The translations under genes were made by a program, and so were the position numbers. From Antedon mediterranea (taxonomy: Eukaryota > Animalia > Echinodermata), in NCBI RefSeq assembly GCF_964355755.1, contig NC_092673.1, forward strand, positions 27,091,648-27,155,647: a DNA stretch of 64,000 bases, given 5' to 3'. Positions 39,722 to 53,500 of this stretch are shown here, piece by piece; the stretch's first letter is position 1; each line of letters begins with the position of its first letter. The notes beneath the pieces are model-generated. The model was not told the DNA's origin and ran no database searches. It saw only the letters and a list, made by a program, of their open reading frames with translations.

Positions 39722-40357
39722 AAATCGTTAATATACTGTAGTTTTAATAATTTGTTTTCAGAATAAATCTTAACACTAAAGCATTAGTAGATTCCCATCT
39801 GTTTTAAGTACATTCTTTTAAATATTTATTTTTACTGATATTTCTTTTACAGATCTTGAGTGTCTCCTTCTTTTTCCTGAAGCAGTAGATACGCCCTAGA
39901 TTACTAAAGTAAATTTTAACTTGAGTTAAATTTTTATTTTACAACTGTCCCTTGGTGACCTTTCATTTTACCTTTAAAACTAGGCTCTTGCGCGTCACGT
40001 AAAGTCGGTATAATTAACTGATTTATTTCTACTTTCATTTTCATAATTTAAAATCAACACTGGATTAATAAAAGATTGACAAAAAGATTAGTTACATTTG
40101 AATCACAAATATCTTATTTATTAATTATAAAGTTTGCAGTGTTTTCTCTCCGAGCCACCAAACTAGTTTTTTTTACTAAACTATACTGTAAAAAAAAATC
40201 AAAGTATTCACTTAAGTTTAAATCAAGAGTCCAATATCTGCCAAGATGTATTCTCTCCCAAACATTTTTAAAGGTGAATAAAATCAACTGTTTGTAGTTT
40301 TAGTAAGGTTATTCTCTTTTTAAGCAGAAAAAAAAACAAACAAAGAAATGATTTCGC

Positions 40358-40378
40358 CATAGAGATATTATCTCTATG
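40358..40378. mobile_element. Minimal P-like transposon footprint (collapsed TIRs)
   Basis: Palindrome CATAGAGATA-T-TATCTCTATG flanked by near-identical 7-mers ATTTCGC / ATTTCAC. Confidence 0.55.
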
Positions 40379-41928
40379 ATTTCACTTACAAAAAGACAAA
40401 ATAATTTGTAAAAACTCTAATGTGCTTCTGGATAACTATTTATTATTTCCATACATTTTTGTAGTTAATTGTTTTTTATTTATTTTTTATTCAATTTCTG
40501 CCATACATTACAAAGAAGACAAAACAGTTATAAAAAGAGGCAAGGAAAGACCAAACAGGTGCTAAACACCTATGCTAGTTGGTAAACCCAGAACAGAGCA
40601 CAGAAAGATGAAATAAAAATAATTACGTTCTACAATTAAAGCATCTACAAGAAAGCAACCAACTACACACATTTTCAATATCAAAATCATTTAAAAAAAT
40701 AAATATTGAGATAATTTATTAATTTGGTTTAAAAGAACTAAATATTTAAGTTGCGAATTTTACCGGGTAAATTCTGGTAACATGTGGGATATATGATTGA
40801 AAAGAAGATTCAGTTCTGCAGCGACAAATATCAAAAAGAGTACCAACAGAAGAAGAGCTACGAGTAACACGTTGTGGATTGCGGATATTAAATAAATTGT
40901 CAATATTAAATAATTTAACAGGAAAAATAGCATTCAACAAAAAATTGTTCTTCAGGGAGACAATATCTTTGAAATACAAGTACACCATTACCAATCCTAC
41001 ATTTTCTACTAATTTCTATGGCCCATTAATTCTTGTAGCACCCTCTATTAAAATATTGGATTTTGCAGGTCTTCAGAGGCCAGAGTTGACCCAGTAAGTT
41101 CGCAGTCCCTTTGGACTGTGTGGAGGCCTTTTTGATATATAAACAATGGATTTTATTAGAATTTATTCAAACCATGCTACTTCTATGCAAACAAAATTGG
41201 TTATCAAGTACTGTTATTTGGTTTTTGTTTTCCTTGTGCATCAAAGTTTTTTGGGACATTCCGATTCTCTGGTGCCACAAGCATGCTCTCAAATTTGGTA
41301 AACACAGCCGATGATGCGTGCAGTATGTAAAGAAGAATTTTTTTAAATAATAAATTAGTTGAGTATGCTAAACTAAGTACCAAAATCGTGTCAATCATAC
41401 CCTGGAGTATTTATACAATAAAACTTGTCTTGCATCAGTGTTCTCAGCTATCGTTAATTACACGCTTCAAGTATCAACTGTACAACAATGTAATCCATGG
41501 ATTTAAAGTTTATTTCTATGGAAACGGTAATATATCTAGAAAAATTTGCTAACATTTCAAGTAAAAAAAAAATCGCAAAAATAAAAGATCATGAAATAGT
41601 TGGAAAAATTTAGGGACACAAATTTTGTTAAAGGGCTGTACAGAATTTCTTTGGAAACGGTAATATATCTTTACAAATTTGATAAAATAAAAAATCATAG
41701 ATTTATAGAAATGATTGTATTATTAGTAGGAATCACATTTCAAGGGATGTCCTTTTGAATTTGGTGGGGGGGGGGGGGGGGGTGTCCAAAAGGAGGTATT
41801 CTACTGTATTTCTGCTGGTCACCAGAACAATGTTTCTGGAATTATTTAACGGATTGATTTCAGATTACTTATTTCAATTCAATATTTTAATTTTTTTTTT
41901 TTGTGACCGCAAATCAAACTTCACCCTT

Positions 41929-42515
41929 GCCCATTTTCGTAGTATCTACACTATCAATTATCAATATTTTTTGTTCATTTAAATTTGAATCTTTCATTTA
42001 ATTAAAAAGAATTACAATCAGTAAAATATTTCAATTTAGAAGCAAAGCAGAGTGTCCCCTCAAGGCTTTTACAAAATCCGATATACGAGATATTGATATT
42101 TTAATTTTTATAGCTGGGCGAAATTACAAGTGGCTTGAGAATGATCTAGGAAAGACAACGATCTACCTTAATGAACATTCCCAATTGGTTAGGATAATTG
42201 AATATGACAACAACTGGTGAATTTAAATATGCTGTCACAGTAATTACCAATGGCAAACCCACAAATATTTTAGTACACAGTTCAATAGAACATGGTACCA
42301 TGTCATTTAGTCAGGGGATATACATTTATGTATTCATGTATCAACATTTTTATAATTTTTTTGATGGACTACACTGAAGTTATTTTTTTTTTCCTAAACC
42401 ATTTTCGTAGTATTATCAATATTTTTTATTCATTTAAATTTGAATCTTTCATTTAATTTTAAAAGAATTACAATCAGTAAAGTATTTCAATTAAGAAGCA
42501 AAATCCGATATACAA
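41929..42515. repeat. Local ~130-bp direct duplication
   Basis: CCATTTTCGTAGTAT...ATTATCAATATTTTTT.TTCATTTAAATTTGAATCTTTCATTTAA...GAAGCAAA occurs at ~41930 and ~42399. Confidence 0.75.
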
Positions 42516-44967
42516 GATCTGTTAGTGTGCAGTCTTTCAATTCCGACCTACTCTCTGACGGAATGAAGAAACTGCCAAGGCTATGCATCTAAAAGTTCCT
42601 TTGATTACAAGATATTTATCTAAATTTTAATATAAAAAAATGTATTGTTGTATTGTAAATTTGTATTCATAATCTTCTTATTTATAGATTTAAAAAGTGT
42701 TTGTATAAATATTATCCATAATTATTTCAATAAATCCGGAATGTTTCCAACCAGGGGACAGAACAAAAAAATTTCATCATTATCGAAGACACCAAATACT
42801 ATACTAACTACTGTAAGGCTTTTTAAAATCATTTTATTAAGCAGGCTTATTTATACATGTATATCATTGTAAAGCTGACCTAAATGGGACAAAATGTCTG
42901 AATTATTCCAGTAGGAATCGCCATGGGGTCAAAATCGCTGACCCCTGCTATCCTTTCAAACAAGAAATTTCATGAAAAAAAAAAATTATTTATTTAAAAT
43001 TAAAATTTTACTTTATTATAAATTTATTACGGTATTGGCATAGAATTATATGTAACTGAAACTACAATAATCTTACACAAATAAATCATTGGTTTTGGTT
43101 TAATGTTTGTGTACTGTGCGACAAAAGTGTTTATGAAATGCCAACTGGGAATTAATTAAATCTTACTGAGAGTGCTCTCTGAGGTCACGGCTTTAAGTCG
43201 CTACTCAGCCAGATTAGTAATTGTCACATCAGTAAATAAACATAGTTTTAATTTGTTTTCCGTTTCATATTTAGTTACCTTTATTGTCACTAGATTAGGA
43301 ACAACTACTTGAAATCTTGATATTTGTGTATTTGTATGGATTTTATTAAAATCCACACAAACTGAATACAAAAAATAGTAGTAGATAAAAGTAATAAAAT
43401 ATTAAATCAATCGTGTTGCGTAGCACTTTGTGTAAATTATATAAATCATACTGTTAAATTATTGAAACAGTGCTTATATTCGGAACATGATCTCATAATC
43501 GCGTCGAGTATTGTTCATTGGCGAAAGTTCCTGATTTTTTAGTTTTATGTTAAATGTCTCTGATAATTGACCGAGTACAATATAATGGTCAAATTTCAAT
43601 TTCCAGATTATTTCTTTCTTTCATTGTAAATTTGAGAGAAGATATGACAAAAAAATACATTTTAATTAAAATATAACTCAAATGAAAACAAAATAAAAAT
43701 ATATGGTACCATTATTCAAAAATGTTATTATCTCAAAATCAATTAATGTTTAATCACTAGGGATGTTGTTTAGTACCCTTTATTTTGTATATATTTTCTA
43801 AATTTATCATCACTAATTTGCCATAATGTTAAACAAAAATAAACCTAAAACAGAACAAAAGTAAACCAATGAGGCAGAATTACCAAAACACAATATAACA
43901 ATTTAGATATCTTGCTCCCTCTCTATGGCCTCTATTACTTTAAAGTCTTCACCATTTGTGGAGAAGGGAGGGGGGGCTAGGTTACACTCCTCTTTCCTTC
44001 AGTGACTTGCGGGCAACCCCTTCACCGCCGCGGCCACTGATAACATTGTACAAAATATGAATCTCTTTATAAATACTGATATACAACAATAATAATTAAT
44101 ATTATTCTATAAACTTTACCACAATGTATTGTCAACCAATGGGTAAAACCTACACGATGAACATAGGAATAAAAATCTTTTTTATTATCTCAAAATCAAT
44201 CCTACAACCGCCACTAATAAATTACAGTATATGAATCTGTTTATAAATACTGTACTGTACAACAATAATGTTATTCTATAAACTTACCACAATGTTACTC
44301 AATGGGTATAAACAAACATCACATGAAACACACACAATGAAGGGAAGTGTGACGACTCACAACAAAGACCATATTAAAATGTGCAATGGCTCAAAGGTGT
44401 ACATTTACACGTTATTTATACCATGTTTGTAGTAATGGAAATATGAAAATTGGTTTCATTTAGACAGGAAACAGAAATTAGTCTTCATCGAACTATTGTG
44501 GTTTCACTCTAATGTGTTATTGGCAACTTGGTTTATTCCACTTCGGCAACAGATGGGGTAAAAAAGGAACTGAAATATTAAGATACTAACACAAAGGAAA
44601 TGTAGGGTTTATGCTATGACATCATAAATACCTTGGTACCGATTCAAATCTTTAATGTGTTTTTTTTTAAAGGGCCAAAAATTCTGAATTATTTATACAA
44701 TACTGAGTAATACTATAGGATGGATTGGGTATAGAGAGTACTTTAGGGTTATAATTAAATACACATTTTGTTTGAAAGGTCAAGCTATGAATGCCAAACA
44801 TGGAAATTGAAAGAAGCCAAGTTATACCCTATATTTAGCCCGTCTTATCCCACTTTGCCTTCTACTGCTAGGCTTAGGGAATTTTGATACATAAACAGAC
44901 CGTTTTTGGTCATGACACATAATTTGTAAAGTGGAGAAATAAGTTAAGGTATAAACAACAATTATTA

Positions 44968-45175
44968 TCAAATGGGACCTGTATAACATTTGAAGAAAAC
45001 AACAAGTATTGTCAAATGGGACCTGTATAACATTTGAAGAAAACAACAAGTATTGTCAAATGGGACCTGTATAACATTTGAAGAAAACAACAAGTATTGT
45101 CAAATGGGACCTGTATAACATTTGAAGAAAACAACAAGTATTGTCAAATGGGACCTGTATAACATTTGAAGAAAA
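44968..45175. repeat. 44-bp tandem repeat, ~4.7 copies
   Basis: Unit TCAAATGGGACCTGTATAACATTTGAAGAAAACAACAAGTATTG. Confidence 0.95.
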
Positions 45176-46349
45176 TTAGAAGGGGTGTGATAATAATATA
45201 AATTATAATCAGATTGCATTAAAAATGTAATTTCCAAACTATTGTGTCCGAATTTAGAATTTTATCAGAATAAACTTATTGTATTTCCTATAAGAGATTT
45301 TTTGATGTGACTGTCATTTTTATTATAGTATTTCATGTATAAATCTATTTTTGTTACTTGTACTGTACCATTTGTTTTTTTGGATTGCTATTTTTATTTA
45401 TTTTTTCAAAGTCAATTTTTTTAAGCAGATTGTTTGTAAATAAAAGGCAATGTGCCAACCCATTATTACAAACTCAATCTGTAGGCTTACAATGTTTTAA
45501 AAAAGTATAAAAATAAGAACTCAATGTTATTAATATTATGCAATATTGTATTGCAGAGTTCATATATTAATAATAGCACTTTGTTTTCGTAATTGGATAA
45601 CACTACAGATTATTTATATTAGAAAAAAAACAAATTGATTCCAGGAATGATATCATTTCCAACAAGGAACCTTAATTATGTTCACATAGAGGGTGCCTTG
45701 TGGGAAATGGAATGTTTGTACTACTGTATAGTAGTATGCTTTGTTTAAAATTAAGGTCATGTGGTTACTACTAGTCCTGTGCATCAGTAGGCCTACTTTA
45801 AATAAAAAGCTTATTTAATACTGTATTTATTATTTTCAAAAAACAAAATTTGACGGACAATACCAAGGTCAAATGGATGTGACAAATGAAATAGTACGGT
45901 TACAAAATTATAATTTCATTTATTTTTAGATTTCTTACTAAACCAACAACTATCATAACCTATAGGCCTTAGTTGTTTTCATATAAACTTGAGATTTATT
46001 ATTCTAAATTAATCCATACTTTTTCAGTTATAAGCATCAATAAATTATTAAAATAAATTATTTAATTTATAAAATAAATTAATTCTTAAGCTAATTAAAT
46101 TGGGAAGTCAACCATCCAAAACACTGATATGATATACCTAAAACTTAAAAGTATTTAATATTATAATAATTAAAAATAAACTGCTACTTTACAAATTACT
46201 GGTGTAGTTCGTTTAAACAAATCTAGCTGGCTGGGTCCTAACCGGTTATGAAAAGGGTCCAATCGTCCCCTGTGTCCCCCAACAGAACAGCTGGTTACCT
46301 CTCCTGGCGGTCTAACTAAATGGCTTGCTAAAATTATTTTTGCATAAAG

Positions 46350-47020
46350 TAGTAAGCCTAGCTAGCTCCTATCTAGCTAGGCCTACGTAGGGCCTAGGCC
46401 TAGTCTTTGTATGTACTCAACTATAAATAATCGCAATTATAAAACAAACTTACGAAGAACTCTTTCTTGACAAAATTTACGTATTCGATCGATGGAGGTA
46501 AAACAAGCTTTTCATAATTGCTGTAAATTAATGAAACCAACCTGCGCAATTTTTAGAAAAATAATTTATTTTTGTTTTTGTGTGAGCGCCACCAATAGTT
46601 TTCTTTGAAACGTGTTTTTTTTTTTTTTTTGCAGATCGAACAAGTTTCGGGTTTTTCTCACAGATGACAGACATACGGAAATTAAATAATATAATAAATA
46701 ATAATCTATATAATTTTAATAAATACATCGCTTTGAGGTGCGTGAATTGTCATGCATGAATAGTCCTACATAAAAATACAGATAAACCATATGTTGAGGT
46801 AGATATTATCTAAGATATCTCTCAATTGACAAAACCATTGTAATTTACTGAACTGAAAACAAATGATTTAATTGGTCGTGAAAGTTAGGTTAGGGCCTAG
46901 CAGATGTGTTTTCTATCGAGATGGAAAGATGAACGTTATACCACAAAGAACTCTTATTTCAAACCTTCAAATTTTAAGAGTTGTCACTGTGTTCTGATCG
47001 TCAAGAAGAAGACGTTAACG
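46350..47020. promoter_or_regulatory. Probable divergent promoter region for FBXW5 (non-coding first exon) and the VWC gene
   Basis: The FBXW5 ATG sits 1 nt after a splice acceptor (38422), so a 5' UTR exon is needed. There is a minus-strand donor C|GTAAGT at 46454/46453, a CTAG/AGGCCT-rich patch and raised CpG. Confidence 0.45.
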
Positions 47021-49102
47021 ATGGGATCACTGGGCCTCTTTGTCTTATCATTAATTAGTACGATTTTACTTGTAAGTATTTATTTGTTTTTTAGCCTCTA
47101 CATCATGTACTGTAAATAAACAATTTTTTGCTAAGATTATTACAAATAGTTTAATTAATTAATTGAAATGTCTTTTGTGCATCTCAACGTACGAAGAGTT
47201 AATGTTAATTTATGATGTGAGATAAGAACAAAAAAGATGGGTTTTTAAAAAAAGAATTTTAAAAACTTCGACAGAAAGTGCATTCTGAATAGGATTACTG
47301 TGTAGTGTAGAGCCGCGAATTGTGAAATCAACTAAAATGCAAAAAAACACAAAAATAGCCACTCCTAAAATCAACGTACCGGTAATTCGTAAAATGTTCT
47401 GCTTACAAAAAGTGTTACAGAAAGTCTTCTTTTTATTACCATTTGAGGCTCTTTTAAAAACGGGGAGAAATTTATATATTTTTTGTGTCCATTTTATAAT
47501 TGATTGTTAAAGATCTAGTTTTATACAGTATATTAATCTTACTTCAATCACTGGGTGGTAAAAGAGAACCACATCAATTTTATACATAGACTTTCTATTT
47601 ATATACTTAAGTTTTACCGATTTTATTAGATAGGAAATAATTACATTATTGTAACATTTTTTAAACGGATTATTAGTTTTCATATTTCCCGAATTTGTTT
47701 GTTTTAATTGTGAGGAGGGCCTACTGTGATTTAAAATATATTGTTTCATAATAATTAGGCTGGTGGACAATGTATTGTTAATAACATTGAGTACGCACAG
47801 GGGACTTCATTCAAGCCCAGCTGTCGCGAGCAATGCATGTGTCTCGAGAACGGACAGTATGGCTGTGTGTCCATGTGTGTTAATGAGCATGTCAAACCAA
47901 TGGCTTGCAGGTATAGATTGACTTTAATATACTTTCTTTTAAACGGAAGAATTAAGGATGTATTGTCCCCCAAAAAACATAAAAATCAGATTTTTGTAGT
48001 TTTAATTTAATCAATCCGAAAAAAATTTAACCAAAAACCATTGGCTGGCAGCCAATTTGACTATCGTTTGCTTTAACAGTTTTTTCAGGTAAATCATTTT
48101 TTTAAAATTCAATTTTTGGTCAAAGTGAATAACTGAAAAAGTGAAAATAATTCTCCAAATATTTTTTTAGGGGAAAATATATCTTTAAACGCATTTACAA
48201 AGCGCTATATAGCTGTAGAATAGGCATAGGTAAATTGGGTGGTACCTCTTAGAAAAAACAGGACCCATCATTTGTTATTCTATACAGACCAGGGAGTTAT
48301 TAACTCATTATATGAGCAACTTGATAGCATCAGGGAGTTGTACTTTACAACTTCCTGAGTATGATCGAAACTCTATGTGCTCCTACTAGAAAGAAAAGCA
48401 TTTTGATGTACTATGATCTAGGAACTCTGGCTTTTAATAATTTTCAAATTAGATCTTTTAAAACATCTATTTAATTGCCATATGAATATTAGGTCGTGGG
48501 TTCGAATCCCAGCACCACGTTGCTACTAAATGCTAACACAATAAATCTTATAGATCTCCGGTGCTAATAGAGGTTAAAAACCAATGTTGCCGCGAGTGGT
48601 TGTGTGAGGGCACAGTTGAATACAAGAACACATCTACTACAAAAATATCTTCCAGCTCAGTTAACGGTACTTGTTTTATTGTTTATTAAATATATGATTT
48701 TCTGTTGTAAATTACATTATTTAGTCTTATTTAACCCTTCTAACTGAACCCACAAGCCAACTAGATTTTTAGTTTTACATGATACCAGGGTAGGTGTGTA
48801 GTGTTAGGGTTAGACCCACTTTTTGACAGTAAAAGTGAAATTATGAACTACGTTTTAATATACAGCCTTGTGAAAAAACATAATTTTTTTCCCCTACAAA
48901 AACAAACGTACTACTGTATTAGTATTACTGTATCAGAACCTCATTTTAGGGTAACCCTTGTTCCTTTAAAAATAATTAATTTCAGAGCTTGCGCAGGAAA
49001 CTAAAGTTGTAAAATAAATAAATATTAACATCCAATATTATAATCTTATTTCTTTATTAATTAGGGAAATTGGACCTACAGGGATTATCAGGAAAGCCTT
49101 GA
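47021..49102 (+). CDS. Small secreted protein with a single CCN-type von Willebrand factor C (VWC) domain, ~117 aa
   Basis: Exons 47021-47071, 47759-47910, 48554-48666 and 49065-49102 (last exon less certain), GT-AG and in phase. Product MGSLGLFVLSLISTILLAGG/QCIVNNIEYAQGTSFKPSCREQCMCLENGQYGCVSMCVNEHVKPMACRSPVLIEVKNQCCREWLCEGTVEYKNTSTTKISSSSVNGKLDLQGLSGKP: a signal peptide plus a 10-Cys VWC pattern. Confidence 0.85.
47956..48184. mobile_element. MITE family B copy in intron 2 of the VWC gene
   Basis: TTAA|GGATGTATTGTCCCC...GGGGAAAATATATCT|TTAA. Confidence 0.75.
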
Positions 49103-49124
49103 AATAACCACATAAAAGTAAGTC

Positions 49125-49495
49125 ATTAAGGGACCATGTTAACATCAAGGGACCACCATGTCAAAGGACCATATTGACATCAAGGGACCACCATGTCAAA
49201 GGACCATATTGACATCAAGGGACCACCATGTCAAAGGACCATATTGACATCAAGGGACCACCATGTCAAAGGACCATATTGACATCAAGGGACCACCATG
49301 TCAAAGGACCATATTGACATCAAGGGACCACCATGTCAACATTAAGGGACCGTGTCAACATTAAGGGACAATGTCAACATTAAGAGACCACCATGTCAAC
49401 ATTTAGGGACCGTGTCAACATTATGGGACAATGTCAACATTATGGGACCATGTCAACATTAAGGGGCCATGTCAACATTAAGGGACCATGCCAAA
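49125..49495. repeat. Compound minisatellite (35-bp units, then ~20-bp units)
   Basis: ACATCAAGGGACCACCATGTCAAAGGACCATATTG about 5.5 times, then ATGTCAACATTAAGGGACC variants. Confidence 0.93.
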
Positions 49496-49719
49496 ATTAT
49501 TCCCATACAGTTACTACTCTTTAACTTGTTTTTTTTTGTCATTATATACATAATTTACTGCAATAACTAAAATCAGGTGCTATTGAAGTAAATAATGTAT
49601 TACTGCAATATTATTTTGTATCTGTAAATATTTAGTAAATATGAACTGGACTGAACAATTATTTTTTGTCTGCTTCTTCATTACTGAGTTCAGATACCCT
49701 TTCTTCTTCTACTGACACA

Positions 49720-50027
49720 CTATCTTCTTTCTGACTGTTTTTCCCATGTTTCCCTTACTATACATTCTTTACTTTTCTTAGTTTCTTCACTTTTCTCAGT
49801 TAAATTTTCTACACATGCCTCAAATGACTCGTTCAGGCTTACTTTGTCCTTGCATTCTAAAACTTGTTCTTTAAGATTGTCCATCGATTCAGATGTGTCC
49901 GTTTGACGATATTCTTTCTCCACCATGTGTTCATCTTCAACTGTATATTCTTTAACCTCTTCATTGGTCACATTGCTATTGTGTTCATTTTTATCTGTGC
50001 ATTCCTCTACAGAGTCTCCTTCAAGAA
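49720..50027 (-). CDS. ZNHIT6: Putative alternative acidic terminal exon of ZNHIT6
   Basis: Acceptor TTCGATTTCCTTTAAG| at 50027 (phase 1) is in frame with the Glu/Lys-rich ORF 49720-49971. A matching phase-1 donor AAAG|GTGAGG lies at 50623, inside the preceding exon. Confidence 0.55.
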
Positions 50028-50199
50028 CTTAAAGGAAATCGAATGAATTGAAGATGGAATTGGAGTATGAGGTCAAAGTTCATTGACTTAGCAAGGATAT
50101 ATTGAGTGGGAAAAGATTAAATTATCAGAACAATCAGAGCATGCACTATGGATACTTATATTACATGGATGGATCATAGATATAATTCGATAAATTTTA

Positions 50200-50326
50200 A
50201 GCTCTGTCTACAGTATCAAACTAATTTGAGCAAAAAAGTTTGATGTGCCCAAATATGGTAGTGATATGACATCATCATGTCCCTATATGGAGACATCACA
50301 TAAAGTTTGATAGTGTAGACAGAGCT
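50200..50326. mobile_element. MITE family A, copy 3
   Basis: AGCTCTGTCTACAGTATCAAA...TTTGATAGTGTAGACAGAGCT|TTA. Confidence 0.8.
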
Positions 50327-50539
50327 TTACCTGTAACACTGATTTATATCTGTATGTAATATTAGATGCATTAAATAATCAAAGAGCTGCATAAGAGGAG
50401 TAAATAGGTAAATAACATAGATATGGTACTCCTGAGACCTGGAGGAAACTCTCCTCGACCACCAGTTGATCTCGGTTTGCTGGTGCTTCTTTATTTTGCC
50501 AGGTTCATGCTAGAGGACGTTTCTTTAATGGTCAATCAA

Positions 50540-53500
50540 CTATTCTTCCGTGTCAAAGAAGAATTTTGCAGATAAATCAGTTAGGTTAGATCGTGAATGG
50601 GCTTGTGAACCTTTAACCTCACCTTTAGATGTGTACTTGTCTGCCTCACCCTTCATAACCACATGCATTGTGGGATACTCGATCACTACTTTTCCTTTTA
50701 AATTTTCTTCAATAGACTTAAACAAATCTAGTTTATAATACCTAAAGTAAATTATTTAAAAAAAACAAATGCACATTACTGCATGAATAACATTTTAAAT
50801 GATACAGTGGCCAAATTTGTGAAAATAATTGTAAAAAAATAAAAGATTTACTGTACTTTCTGTTGTGATGTATGCTTCTGTCATACTCCATAAAAATGGC
50901 AATGTTATTAATGTCATCACTTATGTAACATTTCAACCTGCGAAAGACAATATATTTATTTATTTTTAAATTTTACCAACCAAATGCTGATGCTTTACAC
51001 AAAACTTCAAATGTTAAATGTTATTACCGTATATCCTCTGGAATAATATCACCCCCCTCCACAACCAGAACATGTAATTGAGCCAACTTTGGTGGGGGAG
51101 GTGGGCAGGGAGATCAAAACTCTACTCACTCTAAAAAAGTTATGGAATGCAGTTCCACTGTTTAACCACTCGGCCAATCACTCACTAATCCTTTAGCAGA
51201 TGCATTTTCAAATAGAGATAACTAATTATACAGACTGGATGTATATTTTATTAGTGACTTTTATTATGATATTACCTCTGACGGTGAATAGGGTTGCTCT
51301 CTGTAGCATGTAGATACTTCTTCAATACATTGTGGATGGTTAGTTTATCTGATATTCTGAAAAAAAAAATCCATGGTTTTTAAATTTTCACAACATCCTA
51401 CAGCAAATACATGACTCGCCAATTTTATGATGGAAACCCGTATAATAATGACGATAGGAATATTGTATTGGCCTTCAGGAAAAGGTGGAATTTTTCCAGG
51501 ATTTGAACCCAGGACCCTGGTATTTGTAAGCAAGCATGTCAACCACTAAGCCACAGTGCCACTACATTAGTTCAATCACAAGGAGGAAGCTCTGACTACA
51601 TCTTACTTTCTTTCAAAGATCTCTGCATCATCTGCTTCTGGGAACTTCCAGTTTACGCACCAAAATATTGTATTAGGACTGGAAGAGAAATGAACAAAGG
51701 TTGGGTACATAGACAAATTCAAATCAAGTAAAGATTGATTCTCATACTGTATCTACAATTTGTACACTATCATAGGTCAATTCTGTGATAGTGTTGGGGT
51801 CTCTAATTGGAGGGTGGTCCTTAATTGGACAGTATAATATGGTAAGCAATCTCTCACCTTTCTTTGAATGTTCGGGAGGAGTTTCGTTTGTGTTTTGTGA
51901 AGACATTCGGCAAGAATGAAAGCTCTACTCCTTTCCGATCAGCGGTGCGCTTTAGAAATTTGTTCTAAGGAAAAACGAACAGGATTAAAGTGTCGTCACC
52001 CCTGCTCCGGCACGTTCCAGTTCGGCTCCAGCAAATCGATCAAATGTCAATTTTTTTTTTCATTGGTGCATAGCCTTGTGGAGCATCGTGAAAATGAAAC
52101 ATTGACATTCAATTTGATCATCCGGCGCCAGACCAGAACAGTGCAGGAACAGGTGTGAAAGATTTAAGAAAAATACAGGGGCACTCAGTACTCATAGTGT
52201 ATAATATAACGACCACCGCTTCTACTGATTTTGGAATATGAAAAGAGCTGTTTATTTGAATTACCCTGTTTTGAATTTTGTAGGGAAATTTCTTTAAATT
52301 TCTGACTGCATTGTCCGCTGTACGGTCTACATCTTCCAAAAACCTGTAGTCTGCAAAAAAAAAAAAAAAACAAGCAATAGAATTGTGGTAAATTCAAACA
52401 AAAAATCAGTAAACTAAGAAATTATTAAAATTTCAATTTTGTACAAGGCACACTGCGTACAATAGTTTATCAGCAAATTGTTATTGGTTTGTTTTGTGTC
52501 ATTGAAAGAATAACAAATAAAATCAACATTTACCACTGAGAAGATTATTTTCTGTGAATTTTTTTATAGGTACAAACACGGTTTTGTCTCTCTGTCCATT
52601 ACATTCTTCTTTCACTTTATGCAAATTAACACATTTTACACTGAAAAAAATAAAAGACAGTTACTACAGTAAACATATAATTATAAAAGTCTCAAACAAT
52701 AGCCATAATAGGCCTATAGATGTAACTGCCTAATGGGTATGTTATGCGCGATTTGAACGATTTGCGCAATTTGAAATTGCGCAAAAAAATCCTTGCGCAA
52801 TTTGAAATTCCGCAAAGAATTCTTGCGCAATTTAAAATTGCGCAAGGGATTTTTTGGGCAATTTCAAATTGCGCAATCAACTTGCGCAAGAAAATCTTTG
52901 CGCAATTTAAAATTGCGCTGCACAATTTGTAAATTGCGCAAGATAGTTCTTGCGCAATATGACACCTTTGCGCAATTTGAAAACGAACTGTAAATTTTCC
53001 CATACATGGCTAGGCTAGGCCTAGGCAGAGGAGTTTAAAATTTAGTATTTTATTATATAAATTAGACCATTTCAATGAAGATAATGTTTAATACTCACTT
53101 TTTAAGTTTTTAATATTAGTTTAAGCTAGGCCATGTAACCTAGTCAGTATCAGTAGTCCAGACCCTAGCTAGGCTAGAGTAGTATAGCCGGCCGCCCGCG
53201 CCGCGCCCGCCTGGTGGAACACCACCGCTTCGTTTTCCTTCGTCGGTTCTTCGACGGTATGCTAACTTATAACAATATTTGCACTACTAAATTAAGGAAA
53301 TGCGATATTTATCTTTAATTTTGAATCATTCTTAGAAATTACTATAAAAATATGGGTGTGCATGATTTCACAATCTGTCGAAAAACCTTGCGCAATTTGC
53401 AGATTACTTGCGCAATTTAATACGTTGCTTGCGCAATTTGAAACACATGTTTCAATTCAAATTGCGCAAGGATTTTTTTTGCGCAATTTCAAATTGCGCA

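Noticed and set aside
48348-48375. CTGAGTATGATCGAAACTC as a second hammerhead
   Set aside because: The core is not CUGANGA and there is no stem II.
48491-48517. GGTCGTGGGTTCGAATCCCAGCACCA as a tRNA gene
   Set aside because: Only a T-arm/B-box is present, with no D or anticodon arm or acceptor partner; it is probably a SINE relic.
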